Numbered from the stretch's first letter, positions 32,924-43,783 are shown. The stretch: DNA of 64,000 nt from Candidatus Bathyarchaeota archaeon (GCA_963706285.1 CAVPLU010000016.1:1-64000); one strand, 5' to 3'. Made by a program: numbers and translations. Notes: a model not told the origin generated them from the letters alone.

Positions 32924-33553
32924 ATGAAGAAGCTCGATCTAAAGAAACAGTTGAAGCACCTTTACGCTGCATCTGCTCGCAAGGTAGAGATTGTAGACGT
33001 GCCCAAATTCAATTTCGCCATGATCGATGGTGAAATTGAACCAAACCAGACACCAGCAACATCTGAGAAATTCCAGAATAGTGTGGGCGCGATTTATGGT
33101 GTCTCATTCACTCTGAAGTTCATGTCGAAACTGCGCAAAAAGAACCCGATTGACTACCCTGTGATGGCATTGGAAGGGCTCTGGTGGACGAATTCAGGAG
33201 AATTCGACTTCGCGAAGAGAGAGCCCTGGAAATGGACTGTGATGATCATGCAACCAAAGCATATCACGGAAAATATGCTAGAACAGGCAGTACAGCAGGT
33301 TAGAAAGAAGCGAGATAGCCTAGAGCTATCTGGAATCCGGCTTGAGAGCTTTCATGAAGGTCTCTCGATGCAGGCCATGCATGTTGGACCTTACTCTGAG
33401 GAACCACGCACTATTGATAAGATGAAGAGTTTTGCTCTCGAGCAGGGTTACGTTGCGAGCGGTAAGCATCACGAAATCTATCTTGGAGACCCGCGACGAG
33501 CCAAACCTGAGAAACTGAGAACGATACTGAGACAGCCAATAGCGACCAAATAG
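32924..33553 (+). CDS. GyrI-like small-molecule-binding domain protein
   Basis: ALEGLWW, MHVGPYSEE, HHEIYLGDPRR..LRTILRQP. Confidence 0.88.
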   Translation: MKKLDLKKQLKHLYAASARKVEIVDVPKFNFAMIDGEIEPNQTPATSEKFQNSVGAIYGVSFTLKFMSKLRKKNPIDYPVMALEGLWWTNSGEFDFAKREPWKWTVMIMQPKHITENMLEQAVQQVRKKRDSLELSGIRLESFHEGLSMQAMHVGPYSEEPRTIDKMKSFALEQGYVASGKHHEIYLGDPRRAKPEKLRTILRQPIATK

Positions 33554-33606
33554 CAGCTCAGTCCTTGCGTTCGGCTATCCATGGTAACGCAACAGCCCCA
33601 AAGGAG

Positions 33607-33987
33607 CTACTCTTCAATCAGTTCGAGCCAGTTTCCGTCAGGATCTTTGATGAATGCTATCTGATGTGTTCCACCCTTCAGTTTGAACGGTTCCATTGCT
33701 ATCACGGTGCCGAGTGCACGTAGGTGCTCGATTGTGGCCTTCATATCCTCGACGCCTAGCGCGACATGATCAAAGTTGTCACCTTCAACAAGCTGCTTCT
33801 TGTCGCGCCAATGAGTTAATTCGATAGCGCTCCCGTCCGGATCTTCCAAGAAGGCGATCTCGGCGTTGTTCTCTTTGACTTCGAATCTTCGTGTAAGCTT
33901 CAGTCCCAGTCGGTCTCTATAGAAAGCAATTGATTTGTCCAGATCCATCACGTTCAGACAAGTGTGCATAATCCGCAAGCAAGCCAC
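33607..33987 (-). CDS. VOC family, lactoylglutathione lyase-like
   Basis: HTCLNV, IELT, FDHVAL, KDPDGNWLEL. Confidence 0.88.
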   Translation of the reverse strand: MACLRIMHTCLNVMDLDKSIAFYRDRLGLKLTRRFEVKENNAEIAFLEDPDGSAIELTHWRDKKQLVEGDNFDHVALGVEDMKATIEHLRALGTVIAMEPFKLKGGTHQIAFIKDPDGNWLELIEE

Positions 33988-34127
33988 TCAACCAGAATAG
34001 CGAAACACTGACTCATTTGTATTATGAGAGTCGAGAAATCACATTAACGGATTATCTCGTGATTTCAACGAGATGATTTCCTGCCTGTGCACACACTGGG
34101 CCATTAGTTCAATCTCCGAAGGCCTAG

Positions 34128-35024
34128 CTAGATTTCGCCGATTAGGCGAGTGACTTTCTCGAGTGATTCCTTATACCGTTTGGTGAAGGGTAAGCTGAAT
34201 ACGAAATATTCAACGCCGGCATCGACGTAATCAATTATTTTCTTCTTAGCCTCATTGAAATCTCCAACAATGGCCCATTCCCTGATCTTACTGATGGTGT
34301 CACCGGTCTGTTCACTCAGAAACGTCGCAGACCGCTCAGCCTCCGCAGCCGTGTCTTCCATTATTAGATACACGTGCGCTGCCACCATGCGGACATCCGT
34401 AGGCTTCACCTGCTGCTTGAACTCTGCTCTACCTCGGCGGATTTCATCCAAAGTTGGATCTGTTGGGAACCATGCATCGTATCTGCTGGCTCGCCGAATG
34501 GCTGAGTGAGAGTTCCCGCCGATCCAGATTGGTGGCAATTTCTTGGGCGGCGTTCCGATCCTAGCATCCTTCACGGTGAAGTGCTCGCCCTTGAAACTGA
34601 ACGCTTCACCTTTCCAGAGTGCATGCATGATCTCAAGGCACTCGTCTGTGATTGCTCCCCTCTTTTCGAACCGTACTCCCAAAGTCTCAAACTCACTGCG
34701 GTCCCAACCAACACCCACACCTAACATGAAACGTCCACCGGACGCTTCTTGAATGGTCCCTGTAATGTCAGCAAGGAGAACTGGGTTCCTAAGAGAAGCG
34801 ATGAGTACCGAGGTCCCGAGATGGATTTTCTTGGTGGCACCAGACAGGGCTGCCAGCGATGTGAGCGGCTCATATAGACCACCAGACGCACTCGAAAGAA
34901 TGTGATCGGCGACCCACACCGATTCGAAACCCAAGTCCTCGCACTTCGTTGCATATGCAACAATGTCTCGGAAATTGGCGTTTGATGAAGAAGGGAGATG
35001 AATCCCGAACATTGGTTTTGTCAT
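34128..35024 (-). CDS. LLM-class (probably F420-dependent) oxidoreductase
   Basis: GFESVWVADH, SGGRFMLGVGVGW, PIWIGG. Confidence 0.88.
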   Translation of the reverse strand: MTKPMFGIHLPSSSNANFRDIVAYATKCEDLGFESVWVADHILSSASGGLYEPLTSLAALSGATKKIHLGTSVLIASLRNPVLLADITGTIQEASGGRFMLGVGVGWDRSEFETLGVRFEKRGAITDECLEIMHALWKGEAFSFKGEHFTVKDARIGTPPKKLPPIWIGGNSHSAIRRASRYDAWFPTDPTLDEIRRGRAEFKQQVKPTDVRMVAAHVYLIMEDTAAEAERSATFLSEQTGDTISKIREWAIVGDFNEAKKKIIDYVDAGVEYFVFSLPFTKRYKESLEKVTRLIGEI

Positions 35025-35076
35025 AACGCATCACGCATGTATCGAGACTTTTCATCCTAGATTCTCTAGGTCATGC

Positions 35077-36399
35077 CTACATTGCAACGTATTGGACTCG
35101 TCTGAGTTTCTCGCCTTCAGGCTGAGGCGCCAATTGTTTGTCTACGCGGAGCTGCATGAAGTGAACCACATTGTCAGCTACCTTGTGGAGTCTGCTAAGA
35201 GCGAGCGGGTTGTCTCTGATCTTCTGAAGATCCGCTTTCGTATTCTCAGCAAGGTTGGAGAGGTTGTACCATATTCCGAAAGGCGGCAACACGTACCCAA
35301 GGTTCTGAAGCACGAGAAAAACGTCCCACGCGACCTTGTAGGCTCCATCTTCGTGACCGTTTACGAAGATGCCGACTGGGCGGCCCGCCCAATCTACATG
35401 CCCCATTTGGAGGCCTATGTCCTGCATGTTGGTCATTCTATCCAAGAAGACCTTCAAGCGGCTGTTCATTCCCTCCCAGTTTATCGCTGTCACGATTATC
35501 AGTGATTTAGCTCGAACGAGTTTCGGGTAGATTTTTTGCATGTCATCATGCAGGTTGTTGCATGGGAATCGACAATCGTCGTCGGCCAGCGAGTAACATG
35601 CCCAGTTGTGCTCTATCTTGCACTTCGAAAGATCAACCCACTCGTACACCAAGTCTGGATGCGTCTCTTTGAGATGTTCAAGGATCTTTGGCGCTATGTA
35701 ACCACTTACGATGTGCTGCGGATGAGCGCTAGCGCTGATGATCAGCACGTCTATCGGCTGTTGCTTAGCAATGCTGCGCCATATCTCAAGACGCCGAGAG
35801 ACTAACTCGCCCTTCAGAATTCCCTTGGTAAGATACTCGGTTGTTACTTCTTCATCGATTGCGTAAGTCGATGTGTGAGTCAAGTCTTTCGAAAGAACAC
35901 TCAGAACCCTATCTTTTGGCTGAATTAGTTCTTGTGGTGCTCGACATTTCGTACATTTCACAGGCGGCAGCTTTCCCGCGTATTCGTTCATGCAGACGAG
36001 ACATTTCCATTCAAAGCTGTCGTCATTTTGTGGTTGCGGCTTCTGAGGCGCAAGTTCGATCTCATCTTCTGCGCTCCTACCCTGAGAGATTGGCTCCACG
36101 GAGACGAATACGTCATCTCCTTCAGCCTTCACAGCATAAGTTTCAACTCTTTCCGGTGCACCGCCTGGTGACTGTCCGGTCTTCGGGTCATAGTGATACC
36201 CGTGCCATGGACAAACGACGTGTCCATTCTTGTCCAGGTGGCCGTCGATGAGGGGTCCGCCAATATGAGCGCAAACGTTCGATATTCCGTAGTATTTCCC
36301 GTCGATCTGGAAGATCGCTACCTGTCTCCCGTCCACAAGTGCGAGGTACCTGTTGTGGACGAAGTCTTTCTTTGAGCATACTCGAACAAACGAGGCCAT
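35077..36399 (-). CDS. Rieske [2Fe-2S] + rubredoxin-like + flavodoxin-like fusion protein
   Basis: CAH..CPWHG; WKCLVC..KCTKC; DDMQKIYPKL..SRLKVFLDRM..GHEDGA. Confidence 0.8.
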   Translation of the reverse strand: MASFVRVCSKKDFVHNRYLALVDGRQVAIFQIDGKYYGISNVCAHIGGPLIDGHLDKNGHVVCPWHGYHYDPKTGQSPGGAPERVETYAVKAEGDDVFVSVEPISQGRSAEDEIELAPQKPQPQNDDSFEWKCLVCMNEYAGKLPPVKCTKCRAPQELIQPKDRVLSVLSKDLTHTSTYAIDEEVTTEYLTKGILKGELVSRRLEIWRSIAKQQPIDVLIISASAHPQHIVSGYIAPKILEHLKETHPDLVYEWVDLSKCKIEHNWACYSLADDDCRFPCNNLHDDMQKIYPKLVRAKSLIIVTAINWEGMNSRLKVFLDRMTNMQDIGLQMGHVDWAGRPVGIFVNGHEDGAYKVAWDVFLVLQNLGYVLPPFGIWYNLSNLAENTKADLQKIRDNPLALSRLHKVADNVVHFMQLRVDKQLAPQPEGEKLRRVQYVAM

Positions 36400-36614
36400 A
36401 CCCTCTTGTGAAGAACGACTTCATGAAAAACGTACTCATCCACCGTTAGCATCTTTCGTGAGACCGCACGACCAGGTAAACAAAAGATCGTCAGGAATCA
36501 CCTCAGGACCATGTTGAGAGAGGAAGGATTGTTCTTGGGGCTGGAGAGAATCAACCAGTACGATAATTAGGCGCTCGAACAATCCTAGCGACGCTCGCAT
36601 CAGGCGTCCTGGCT

Positions 36615-38012
36615 ATGGATAATCATGTCGAGAATTTGGTGATTGGCGGCGGCCCTGGCGGATACGTGGCCGCGATCAGACTCGGCCAATTGGGCCGAGA
36701 GACTATGTTAGTTGAGAAAGACAAGACGCTAGGCGGTGTCTGCGTCAATGTTGGATGTATCCCCTCGAAAACAATTGTCCGTGCCGCCAAATTGATGAAG
36801 GATATCTATCGAGCTCAAGATTTCGGGATAGAGATTTCTCAACCTAAGATGGATCTTCAGAAACTCCAGGTATGGAAGAAGGGCGTCGTTGACAGACTCA
36901 CGCAGGGTATAGCATACCTCTGCAAGGGGAACAAGGTGAATGTCGTTTATGGTGAGGCAAGATTCCAAGGCCCACACCGGGTCGAGATCAGCGGCACAGA
37001 GGGATTGCGTGTGGTTGATGCGGACAATGTGATTATCGCAACCGGTTCGCGTCCCGTGGAGATACCGTCATTCAAGTTCGACGGACAGTTTGTGATCACT
37101 GCAACGGAAGCGCTCTCATTTACGGAAGCGCCGCGTAATTTTGTCATCATCGGTGGCGGAGTCAGCGGCCTTGAGCTTGGAATGGCGTACGCACGCTTTG
37201 GCAGCCATGTCACCGTGATCGAGATGCTTGACCAACTCCTGCCCGGAACCGATATTGAACTAGTGAGAGTGGTCGAGCGCACATTGAGAAAGCTGGGCGT
37301 GGAGACGCATCTGAAGGCTCGCGCCAAATGGGCGAAGGACGGCAAGGTTGGTGCTCAGCTTTCCGATGGTAAGGAGATTGAGGTTCCAGCGGACAAGGTG
37401 ATGGTTGTTGTTGGCAGACGACCGAACTCTGATCAGATCGGACTTGAGACCACAGGAGTCAAGACAGATCAAGGAGGATTCATCCAAGTAAACGCGCAGA
37501 TGCAGACCAACGTGTCTGGCATATACGCAATAGGAGACATTGTTGGTCAACCATTGCTTGCTCACAAGGCATCGAAGCAGGGCACAGTAGCAGCCGAGGT
37601 GATTGCGGGTGAAGCGAGCGCCGCGGATTTCAAGGCGATCCCGGGCGCTATCTGGACTGATCCTGAAATCGCTACCGTAGGCTTGACAGAAACGGAAGCG
37701 AAGAAGCAAGGATACGAAGTGATCGTCGGAAAATTCCCGTTCACTGCATTGGGCCGAGCAGTCGCAGTGGGCGAGACAGACGGATTCATCAAAGTCGTCG
37801 CCGACAAGAAGAGCGAACAGATACTTGGAGTGCATATGGTCGGCGCTGACGTAACCGACCTAATCAGCGAAGCCACGCTGGCAATTGAGATGGGCGCAAC
37901 ATTAGACGACCTAGCACTGACGGTTCACCCCCACCCGACACTGCCAGAGGCCCTAATGGAAGCAACCGAAGCAGCCAAAGGAAAGGCAATCGACATCTTG
38001 AAGCAACTATGA
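36615..38012 (+). CDS. lpdA: Dihydrolipoamide dehydrogenase
   Basis: GGGPGGY, GGVCVNVGCIPSK, HPHPTLPE. Confidence 0.95.
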   Translation: MDNHVENLVIGGGPGGYVAAIRLGQLGRETMLVEKDKTLGGVCVNVGCIPSKTIVRAAKLMKDIYRAQDFGIEISQPKMDLQKLQVWKKGVVDRLTQGIAYLCKGNKVNVVYGEARFQGPHRVEISGTEGLRVVDADNVIIATGSRPVEIPSFKFDGQFVITATEALSFTEAPRNFVIIGGGVSGLELGMAYARFGSHVTVIEMLDQLLPGTDIELVRVVERTLRKLGVETHLKARAKWAKDGKVGAQLSDGKEIEVPADKVMVVVGRRPNSDQIGLETTGVKTDQGGFIQVNAQMQTNVSGIYAIGDIVGQPLLAHKASKQGTVAAEVIAGEASAADFKAIPGAIWTDPEIATVGLTETEAKKQGYEVIVGKFPFTALGRAVAVGETDGFIKVVADKKSEQILGVHMVGADVTDLISEATLAIEMGATLDDLALTVHPHPTLPEALMEATEAAKGKAIDILKQL

Positions 38013-38702
38013 ACAAAACACTCCTCGTAGATCTTCAGACCCGTGAATACAAAGAGACCTGGGAACTACAACGCAGGCTCGTGGAGCTGCGAGCGCGAGC
38101 GCTTATTCCGGATATTCTGCTTCTCGTTGAGCACCCACACGTAATCACGATGGGCACATCAGCGAAGGCTGAGAATATTCTGTCCAAGAGATTTCCAGTT
38201 TATGAAGTGGAAAGGGGTGGAGACGTCACGTATCACGGATATGGTCAACTGGTCGGATACCCGATCATTGACCTAACCCAACGAGACAAAGACATCAGAC
38301 GATACGTGAGAAGCCTTGAGGTTACTCTCATTGAGACTCTCGATCATTTCGGAATCTCAGCCCAGAGGATAGAGGGCCGTACAGGAGTCTGGATCGTCGA
38401 ACAACAACTCCGGAAAAAGATCGCCTCGATCGGTGTAGCCGTTCGCAGCTGGGTCACATTTCACGGTTTCGCTCTCAACGTCTCAACTGACCTCTCCTGC
38501 TTCTCCGCTATCAATCCTTGCGGCTACGAGAGCGGAGTAATGACATCGGTCAGTGAGCAGCTGAGCGAAGCAAGTGCCAGTTGCAGCGGCAAAAGAACCC
38601 CTCACGAAAGCATTCGAGCATGTTTTTGCGACGGAACTTGAAACAGTTAGCGAAGAACAGCTAACACGCTTGCCGGAAAACGATACTTCAGTCAGAACCT
38701 GA
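38009..38702 (+). CDS. lipB: Lipoyl(octanoyl) transferase LipB (C-terminal frameshift)
   Basis: EHPHVITMG, RGGDVTYHGYGQLVGYP, KIASIG, HGFALN, INPCG. Confidence 0.92.
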
Positions 38703-38765
38703 TCGAGCTAGTCTTGGCAGGCGCCAAATGAGCGCGATGACTCCAGCGTGGGCACGCTGAGTTCG

Positions 38766-39755
38766 CTACTTCTGAAATATGGCTCTCGGATAAGCACGGC
38801 ACGTTTGAACAACTCCGCGATCTCGTCGTCCGAACTCCCTGACTCTCATGCTTGTTAGGAAGTCCACGTGGTTGTCTTCACGGAGCAAGCATGGCTTGAA
38901 TTTTCCGTCATGCGTAATCCTCATTCTGTTGTTTTTCATGCAGAATTCTGAGTTGTGCATGGGGCGCACAACTTCAACTGTGACTCCGTTTGGCAAGACG
39001 TATCTTGGGCGATTATGCATTCCGCGTCTGTAGACTGTGACTGCTTGAGACTTCAAGCGCTCTTCTATTGGCGCTAGGTCACAGTGATACTTCTTGTAGA
39101 ACTCTGGATCCGTGACAACGAGCTCAATCAGCTGAAGGATGACCTCACCATTGCCTCCCGAAGAGTGAACGAATTCTATCATGTCCTCGATCTCGTCTTC
39201 GTTGATACTCTTCATCAATGTCACGTTCAGTTTGACTGGTAGGAGTTTTGCCGATATCGCGGCGCTCACTGCGGTGATTGCCTTGTCGTATCCGTCGACT
39301 CCTGCAATGAACTTGAAACGGTCTTTGCGGAGGCTGTGAAGGCTAATGTTAACTCTCGACAAACCAGCATCATGTAACTTTGTGGCAAGTTCTGGAAAAC
39401 GTGTCCCGTTCGTTGTCATAGAGAGTTCACGCAAACCCACGCTTTTGAGATGCTGCACAATTTCGATTATGTCGTGTCGGAGCATTGGCTCTCCGCCAGT
39501 CAGCTTGACTACCTCGATTCCAAAACGGGAGAGAACTTGGACCACACGTTGTATCTCGTCGGCAGTCATCAAGATTGAATTAGATGATTTGACGCCTTCC
39601 ATGTGGCAGTGAATGCATCTGAAGTTGCATGTCGAGCTTGAATTGAGTGAAATCCTAATGTTGGTGACGGGCCTGCCGAACCTGTCAATGAGGGCAGGGC
39701 CGGGAGTGGCTCTTCGAGTCTGATCGAAACCCAGGTAAGGTTTGTGGAAGCCCAA
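38766..39755 (-). CDS. moaA: GTP 3',8-cyclase MoaA (archaeal type)
   Basis: DRFGRP, CNFRCIHC, LTGGEP, KFKPCL. Confidence 0.9.
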   Translation of the reverse strand: MGFHKPYLGFDQTRRATPGPALIDRFGRPVTNIRISLNSSSTCNFRCIHCHMEGVKSSNSILMTADEIQRVVQVLSRFGIEVVKLTGGEPMLRHDIIEIVQHLKSVGLRELSMTTNGTRFPELATKLHDAGLSRVNISLHSLRKDRFKFIAGVDGYDKAITAVSAAISAKLLPVKLNVTLMKSINEDEIEDMIEFVHSSGGNGEVILQLIELVVTDPEFYKKYHCDLAPIEERLKSQAVTVYRRGMHNRPRYVLPNGVTVEVVRPMHNSEFCMKNNRMRITHDGKFKPCLLREDNHVDFLTSMRVREFGRRDRGVVQTCRAYPRAIFQK

Positions 39756-39995
39756 CGCTGTCCCGCTACAACGACAACACGGCCGATTTAAGCAGTTACC
39801 AGCCTCCGTCGATCGTTCACAGCAAGCCTACAAGCCTGCAACGTATGGAATCGTGTTGGACTTGCAGTGAAGACAGCGTATTCAATTCAACGTTAGTCTT
39901 ATAGGTTCTAGGGGGAACGTACTCGCGGCCATACCCTCAACAAACATGGGATAGAGCCTAGATCCAGCGATCCTATTGTCGGCGTGAACCCGGTC

Positions 39996-40268
39996 ATGGA
40001 ACAATCAAACCTAGTTCGCATCGGCAAGAAACCTATCATGAATTATGTGGTCGCTTGCGTCACACTGTTCAATTCGGGCGCCGACGAGGTTATGGTCCGT
40101 GCGAGAGGCCAGGCAATCACAAAAGCCGTTGAAACAGTCCTGATGCTTAGAAACTCGTTTGTTAAAGACCTCGACATTGAAGACATAACGATCGGATCTG
40201 AAGAAGTCACAAGACTAGACGGGACACGAGGCAGTATCTCAACAATAGAGATCCTGCTCGGAAAGTAG
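39996..40268 (+). CDS. albA: Chromatin protein Alba
   Basis: IGKKPIMNYV, RARGQAITKAV, ISTIEI. Confidence 0.93.
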   Translation: MEQSNLVRIGKKPIMNYVVACVTLFNSGADEVMVRARGQAITKAVETVLMLRNSFVKDLDIEDITIGSEEVTRLDGTRGSISTIEILLGK

Positions 40269-40354
40269 TAGAACGAGAGCTCACCAGTTTCCCAGTTGCC
40301 CCAAATCCTTTTTGACCCGACACGAGTAGCTTTCGGCCTGCCGGTAAGACCGTA

Positions 40355-41704
40355 ATGAGTGGGAAGGCGACGTATCCGAAGATCGTAGTCACACCCCCAG
40401 GACCTAAGGCTCGCGAGCTTGTCCGCAGCGATGAATCCTACATCTCAAGTTCCATGGTAAGATGGTATCCGCTTGTAGCAGAATCAGGATCAGGATGCAT
40501 CGTCAAAGACGTGGATGGTAACGAATTCATCGACTTCAACTCCGGATTGGCTGTTCTCAACGTGGGTCACTGCCATCCAAAGGTCGTCAGCGCAATCACC
40601 GAACAGACCAAGAAGCTGATCCACTACTCCTACACCGACTTCTACTATCAACCGATAATCGATCTCAGCAGAGAACTCACCAAGATCACGCCCGGTGCCC
40701 ACGCGAAGAGGGTCTTCTTCTGCAACAGCGGCACCGAAGCGATCGAAGCTGCGATGAAAATGACCAAGTGGCACACGCGCAACAGCCTATTCCTGAGCTA
40801 TACAGGCGCATTTCATGGACGAACCCTTGGAGCAGTCAGTCTAACCGCAAGCAAACCAGTGCAACGTAGACACTTCTTTCCCCTTGTACCCGGCACGACG
40901 CACGTACCCTATCCGTACTGTTACCGTTGCCCATTCCATCTAACCTATCCCGAATGTGATCGCTGGTGTGTAGACTTCATCGAGGAGGAGGTCCTCAACA
41001 AGTACGTTCCAGCTGAGAATGTTGCCGCGATGTTTGTTGAGAGCATCCAGGGCGAAGGAGGATATGTGGTTCCGCCCGACGACTACTTCACACGACTACA
41101 GAAGCTCCTCGAAAAACATAACATAATCATGATCGACGACGAGATCCAGTCAGGAATCGGCAGAACAGGCAAATGGTTCGCAATCGAGCACTTTAACGTA
41201 ATTCCGGATGCAGTCTGTATCGCGAAGGCAATAGGCTCCGGCCTTCCTATAGGGGCGCTCATCAGCAAAGATGAGATGATGGACTGGGAAGGCGGATCAC
41301 ACGCTTCGACATTCGGTGGAAACCCAGTCGCCTGCGCTGCAGGCCTCGCAGTCATCGACGTGATCAAACAGGAGCACCTGCTTGAGAACGCTACCAAACA
41401 AGGAGCGCACCTAATGAATCGCCTCAAAGAAATGCAACGCAAGTATCCCATAATCGGCGACGTACGCGGCAAAGGACTCATGGTCGGCGCCGAGATCGTC
41501 AAAGACCCAGACACAAAAGAACCTGGATCGGAACTATCACGAGAGATCATGACGAAATGCTTCAAACGAGGACTCGCAATCATAACATCAGGCAAATCCA
41601 CAATGCGATTCGTACCCCCGCTAGTGATCACGCGAGAACTACTAGACGCCGGACTCGACGTGTTCGAAGGCGCAGTCAAAGAAGTCGCAGGTTCCGCAAA
41701 ATAG
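40355..41704 (+). CDS. Class III aminotransferase (4-aminobutyrate/acetylornithine type)
   Basis: FHGRT, DEIQSGIGRTG, AKAIGSG, STFGGNP. Confidence 0.9.
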   Translation: MSGKATYPKIVVTPPGPKARELVRSDESYISSSMVRWYPLVAESGSGCIVKDVDGNEFIDFNSGLAVLNVGHCHPKVVSAITEQTKKLIHYSYTDFYYQPIIDLSRELTKITPGAHAKRVFFCNSGTEAIEAAMKMTKWHTRNSLFLSYTGAFHGRTLGAVSLTASKPVQRRHFFPLVPGTTHVPYPYCYRCPFHLTYPECDRWCVDFIEEEVLNKYVPAENVAAMFVESIQGEGGYVVPPDDYFTRLQKLLEKHNIIMIDDEIQSGIGRTGKWFAIEHFNVIPDAVCIAKAIGSGLPIGALISKDEMMDWEGGSHASTFGGNPVACAAGLAVIDVIKQEHLLENATKQGAHLMNRLKEMQRKYPIIGDVRGKGLMVGAEIVKDPDTKEPGSELSREIMTKCFKRGLAIITSGKSTMRFVPPLVITRELLDAGLDVFEGAVKEVAGSAK

Positions 41705-41720
41705 ACAACCCTGTCAGGTT

Positions 41721-42434
41721 TTGGCCGCAGGGAAGCCCTTGGTAACGAGACACCCGTCACTCGCCTTGCAGAAACAAATGCTCGACACGATTCTGCGCCG
41801 ATTCCCAGTGCGAAACCGACCCGGTTCCACTTCCGCGTTTGAAACCCTGATCCAGACTGTCCTGTCGCAGAATACAAGTGACGTGAACAGTGGCAGAGCG
41901 ATGGAAAGGCTTCAGAGCCGGCTTGATATCACGCCTGAAGTTCTTTCGCGGACTCCTATCGACGAACTGATTGAATCTATTCGTCCTGCAGGACTTTACA
42001 GAGTTAAGGCTCCCAGGATCAAAGAGATCTCATCGATAATCATCAATCGATTCAGCGGCGATTTTGATTCCATCCTGAAAAGGAGACCCGAAGAGGCACG
42101 ATCGATCCTAACGGAGCTGCCTGGCGTCGGCTACAAGACCGCAGACGTCGTGCTCGCGTTCGTTACGGGTCACCCGACAATTCCAGTTGACACACACGTG
42201 ATGAGAGTGAGCAAACGGCTGGGGATAACTCGAAAGAATGCGGGTTATGAAGAGATCAGACTCGGGCTTGAGAGGCTCGTGCCTCCTAATCGGAGGGTGA
42301 GAATGCATCTCTCTCTGATTCGATTTGGACGTGAGATCTGCAAGGCACCAAAACCGCTGTGCCCTCAATGCCCAGTGAATAGAACCTGCCCAAGCTCCAC
42401 AACACGTGTGAGAATCCAACACCACATGGTCTAG
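41721..42434 (+). CDS. nth: Endonuclease III
   Basis: LSQNTSD, LPGVGYKTA, VDTHV, C-x6-C-x2-C-x5-C. Confidence 0.92.
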   Translation: MAAGKPLVTRHPSLALQKQMLDTILRRFPVRNRPGSTSAFETLIQTVLSQNTSDVNSGRAMERLQSRLDITPEVLSRTPIDELIESIRPAGLYRVKAPRIKEISSIIINRFSGDFDSILKRRPEEARSILTELPGVGYKTADVVLAFVTGHPTIPVDTHVMRVSKRLGITRKNAGYEEIRLGLERLVPPNRRVRMHLSLIRFGREICKAPKPLCPQCPVNRTCPSSTTRVRIQHHMV

Positions 42435-42554
42435 CTCTAATACACCGAATATATGTCATCTCCACATTCATATTATGGCGAAATCACCATTTTATAACAA
42501 CATTTCCAACAACTAATATACTGTCAAATACGCCCTATAGCTCCCGACCTTCAA

Positions 42555-43121
42555 ATGAACACGCGGGAAATCACCGGCACCGCCATCCTCAGTGCCTTGG
42601 TCGTGGTCTTCGACTATGCACTCAAGTTTGCAGGAATCAAGATCCCGTTTCCAATGCTCCCGTTTCTGAAATTCGACCTAGACGGCATTCCAGTAGTGCT
42701 ATCTCTCCTGTTATACGGCCCGTACTCCGCTGTGACAACATGTTTCGTAGCTCTCGTGGCAATCCTTGCTCGAAGTGGCGACGCCCTCAGTGCGTCAATG
42801 AAAGCTCTAGCTGAATTTGCAACCGTCCTCGGAATGATACCATTCTACGCCGTCAGCTCAAATCGACTCAAAGGATTAGCTATCATCCCAGGAATGGCGA
42901 CCAGAGTTGTTGTGATGCTCGTTGCGACTTTGGCCACGTGGCCTCTGTTATTCAATTCGCTGGGCGCTGTTGTTGCTTTCCTTCCTTTCTCTGCTTTGTT
43001 CAACGCTGTCGCAGCTGTGATCAGTGTCGCAGGCGGATTCATCATCTACGAGGCCCTGAGCAAAAGGGCACCCGCCCTGCTGCACAACGCGAACGGACAC
43101 AACTCACGACGGCACAAGTAA
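42555..43121 (+). CDS. ECF transporter S component
   Basis: PFLKFDLDGIP motif and 5-6 TM helices. Confidence 0.8.
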   Translation: MNTREITGTAILSALVVVFDYALKFAGIKIPFPMLPFLKFDLDGIPVVLSLLLYGPYSAVTTCFVALVAILARSGDALSASMKALAEFATVLGMIPFYAVSSNRLKGLAIIPGMATRVVVMLVATLATWPLLFNSLGAVVAFLPFSALFNAVAAVISVAGGFIIYEALSKRAPALLHNANGHNSRRHK

Positions 43122-43143
43122 CTCGCAGAACTATGGAGTGCGA

Positions 43144-43434
43144 CTAGACTGCGACCTCTCTCGTCTTCTGAATCAGCTCTGTGATGAGCTCGGGTTTTCG
43201 TGGCGTGAGCACGCGAGATCGTCCAACTTCGAATACTTCCAGCAATCTGGCCGTTCTGAGAACGTGAACGTGCCTGTAGACTGCAGCATAGTCCATCTTC
43301 AAGTTTCGCGCAACGGCCTTTATGTGAAGCGGCTTCTTCGTCTCGATGAGCATTTTGAGAATTCTGAGCCTAACAACGCTGCCAAGCGCGTTGAAGATCG
43401 TGGATGCATTTCTAAGATCTTCTTCTGGGGGCAT
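43144..43434 (-). CDS. ArsR-family winged-helix regulator
   Basis: FNALGSVVRLRIL..VYRHVHVL. Confidence 0.8.
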   Translation of the reverse strand: MPPEEDLRNASTIFNALGSVVRLRILKMLIETKKPLHIKAVARNLKMDYAAVYRHVHVLRTARLLEVFEVGRSRVLTPRKPELITELIQKTREVAV

Positions 43435-43501
43435 TCTCTATCATCCTGAATAATGGATAGATGTCATTTATGATATCTTTGCTAACAAAATCGCGTTTGC
43501 G

Positions 43502-43771
43502 CTATGGACTCAAGCGTTGTTGACCGTACATTGTGAGCGCCCACACGTAGGGGCGGTGCTTGGATCGCTCGATGAGGCGCTCCTTCTTCATTGACCTCAG
43601 ATGGTATATGACGCAGTCATAGCCAAGACCGCTCCGCTTTGAGATGTCAGAGGCGCCTCTCTTGGCTTCCTCCAAGACGAACAGGATCTTCGAACGAGCT
43701 CTCAATCCTGCTTTGACATTGCGTTTCGTCGTAAGACGTGCTTTCGGATGCATCTCATTCCTTGCCATCAT
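43502..43771 (-). CDS. Small winged-helix protein downstream of DP2
   Basis: ISKRSGLGYDCVIYHL..PYVWALT. Confidence 0.7.
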   Translation of the reverse strand: MMARNEMHPKARLTTKRNVKAGLRARSKILFVLEEAKRGASDISKRSGLGYDCVIYHLRSMKKERLIERSKHRPYVWALTMYGQQRLSP

Positions 43772-43783
43772 GCGCCACGTTGC

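Noticed and set aside
41083-41877. 264-aa minus-strand ORF
   Set aside because: Antisense shadow of the aminotransferase and nth genes.
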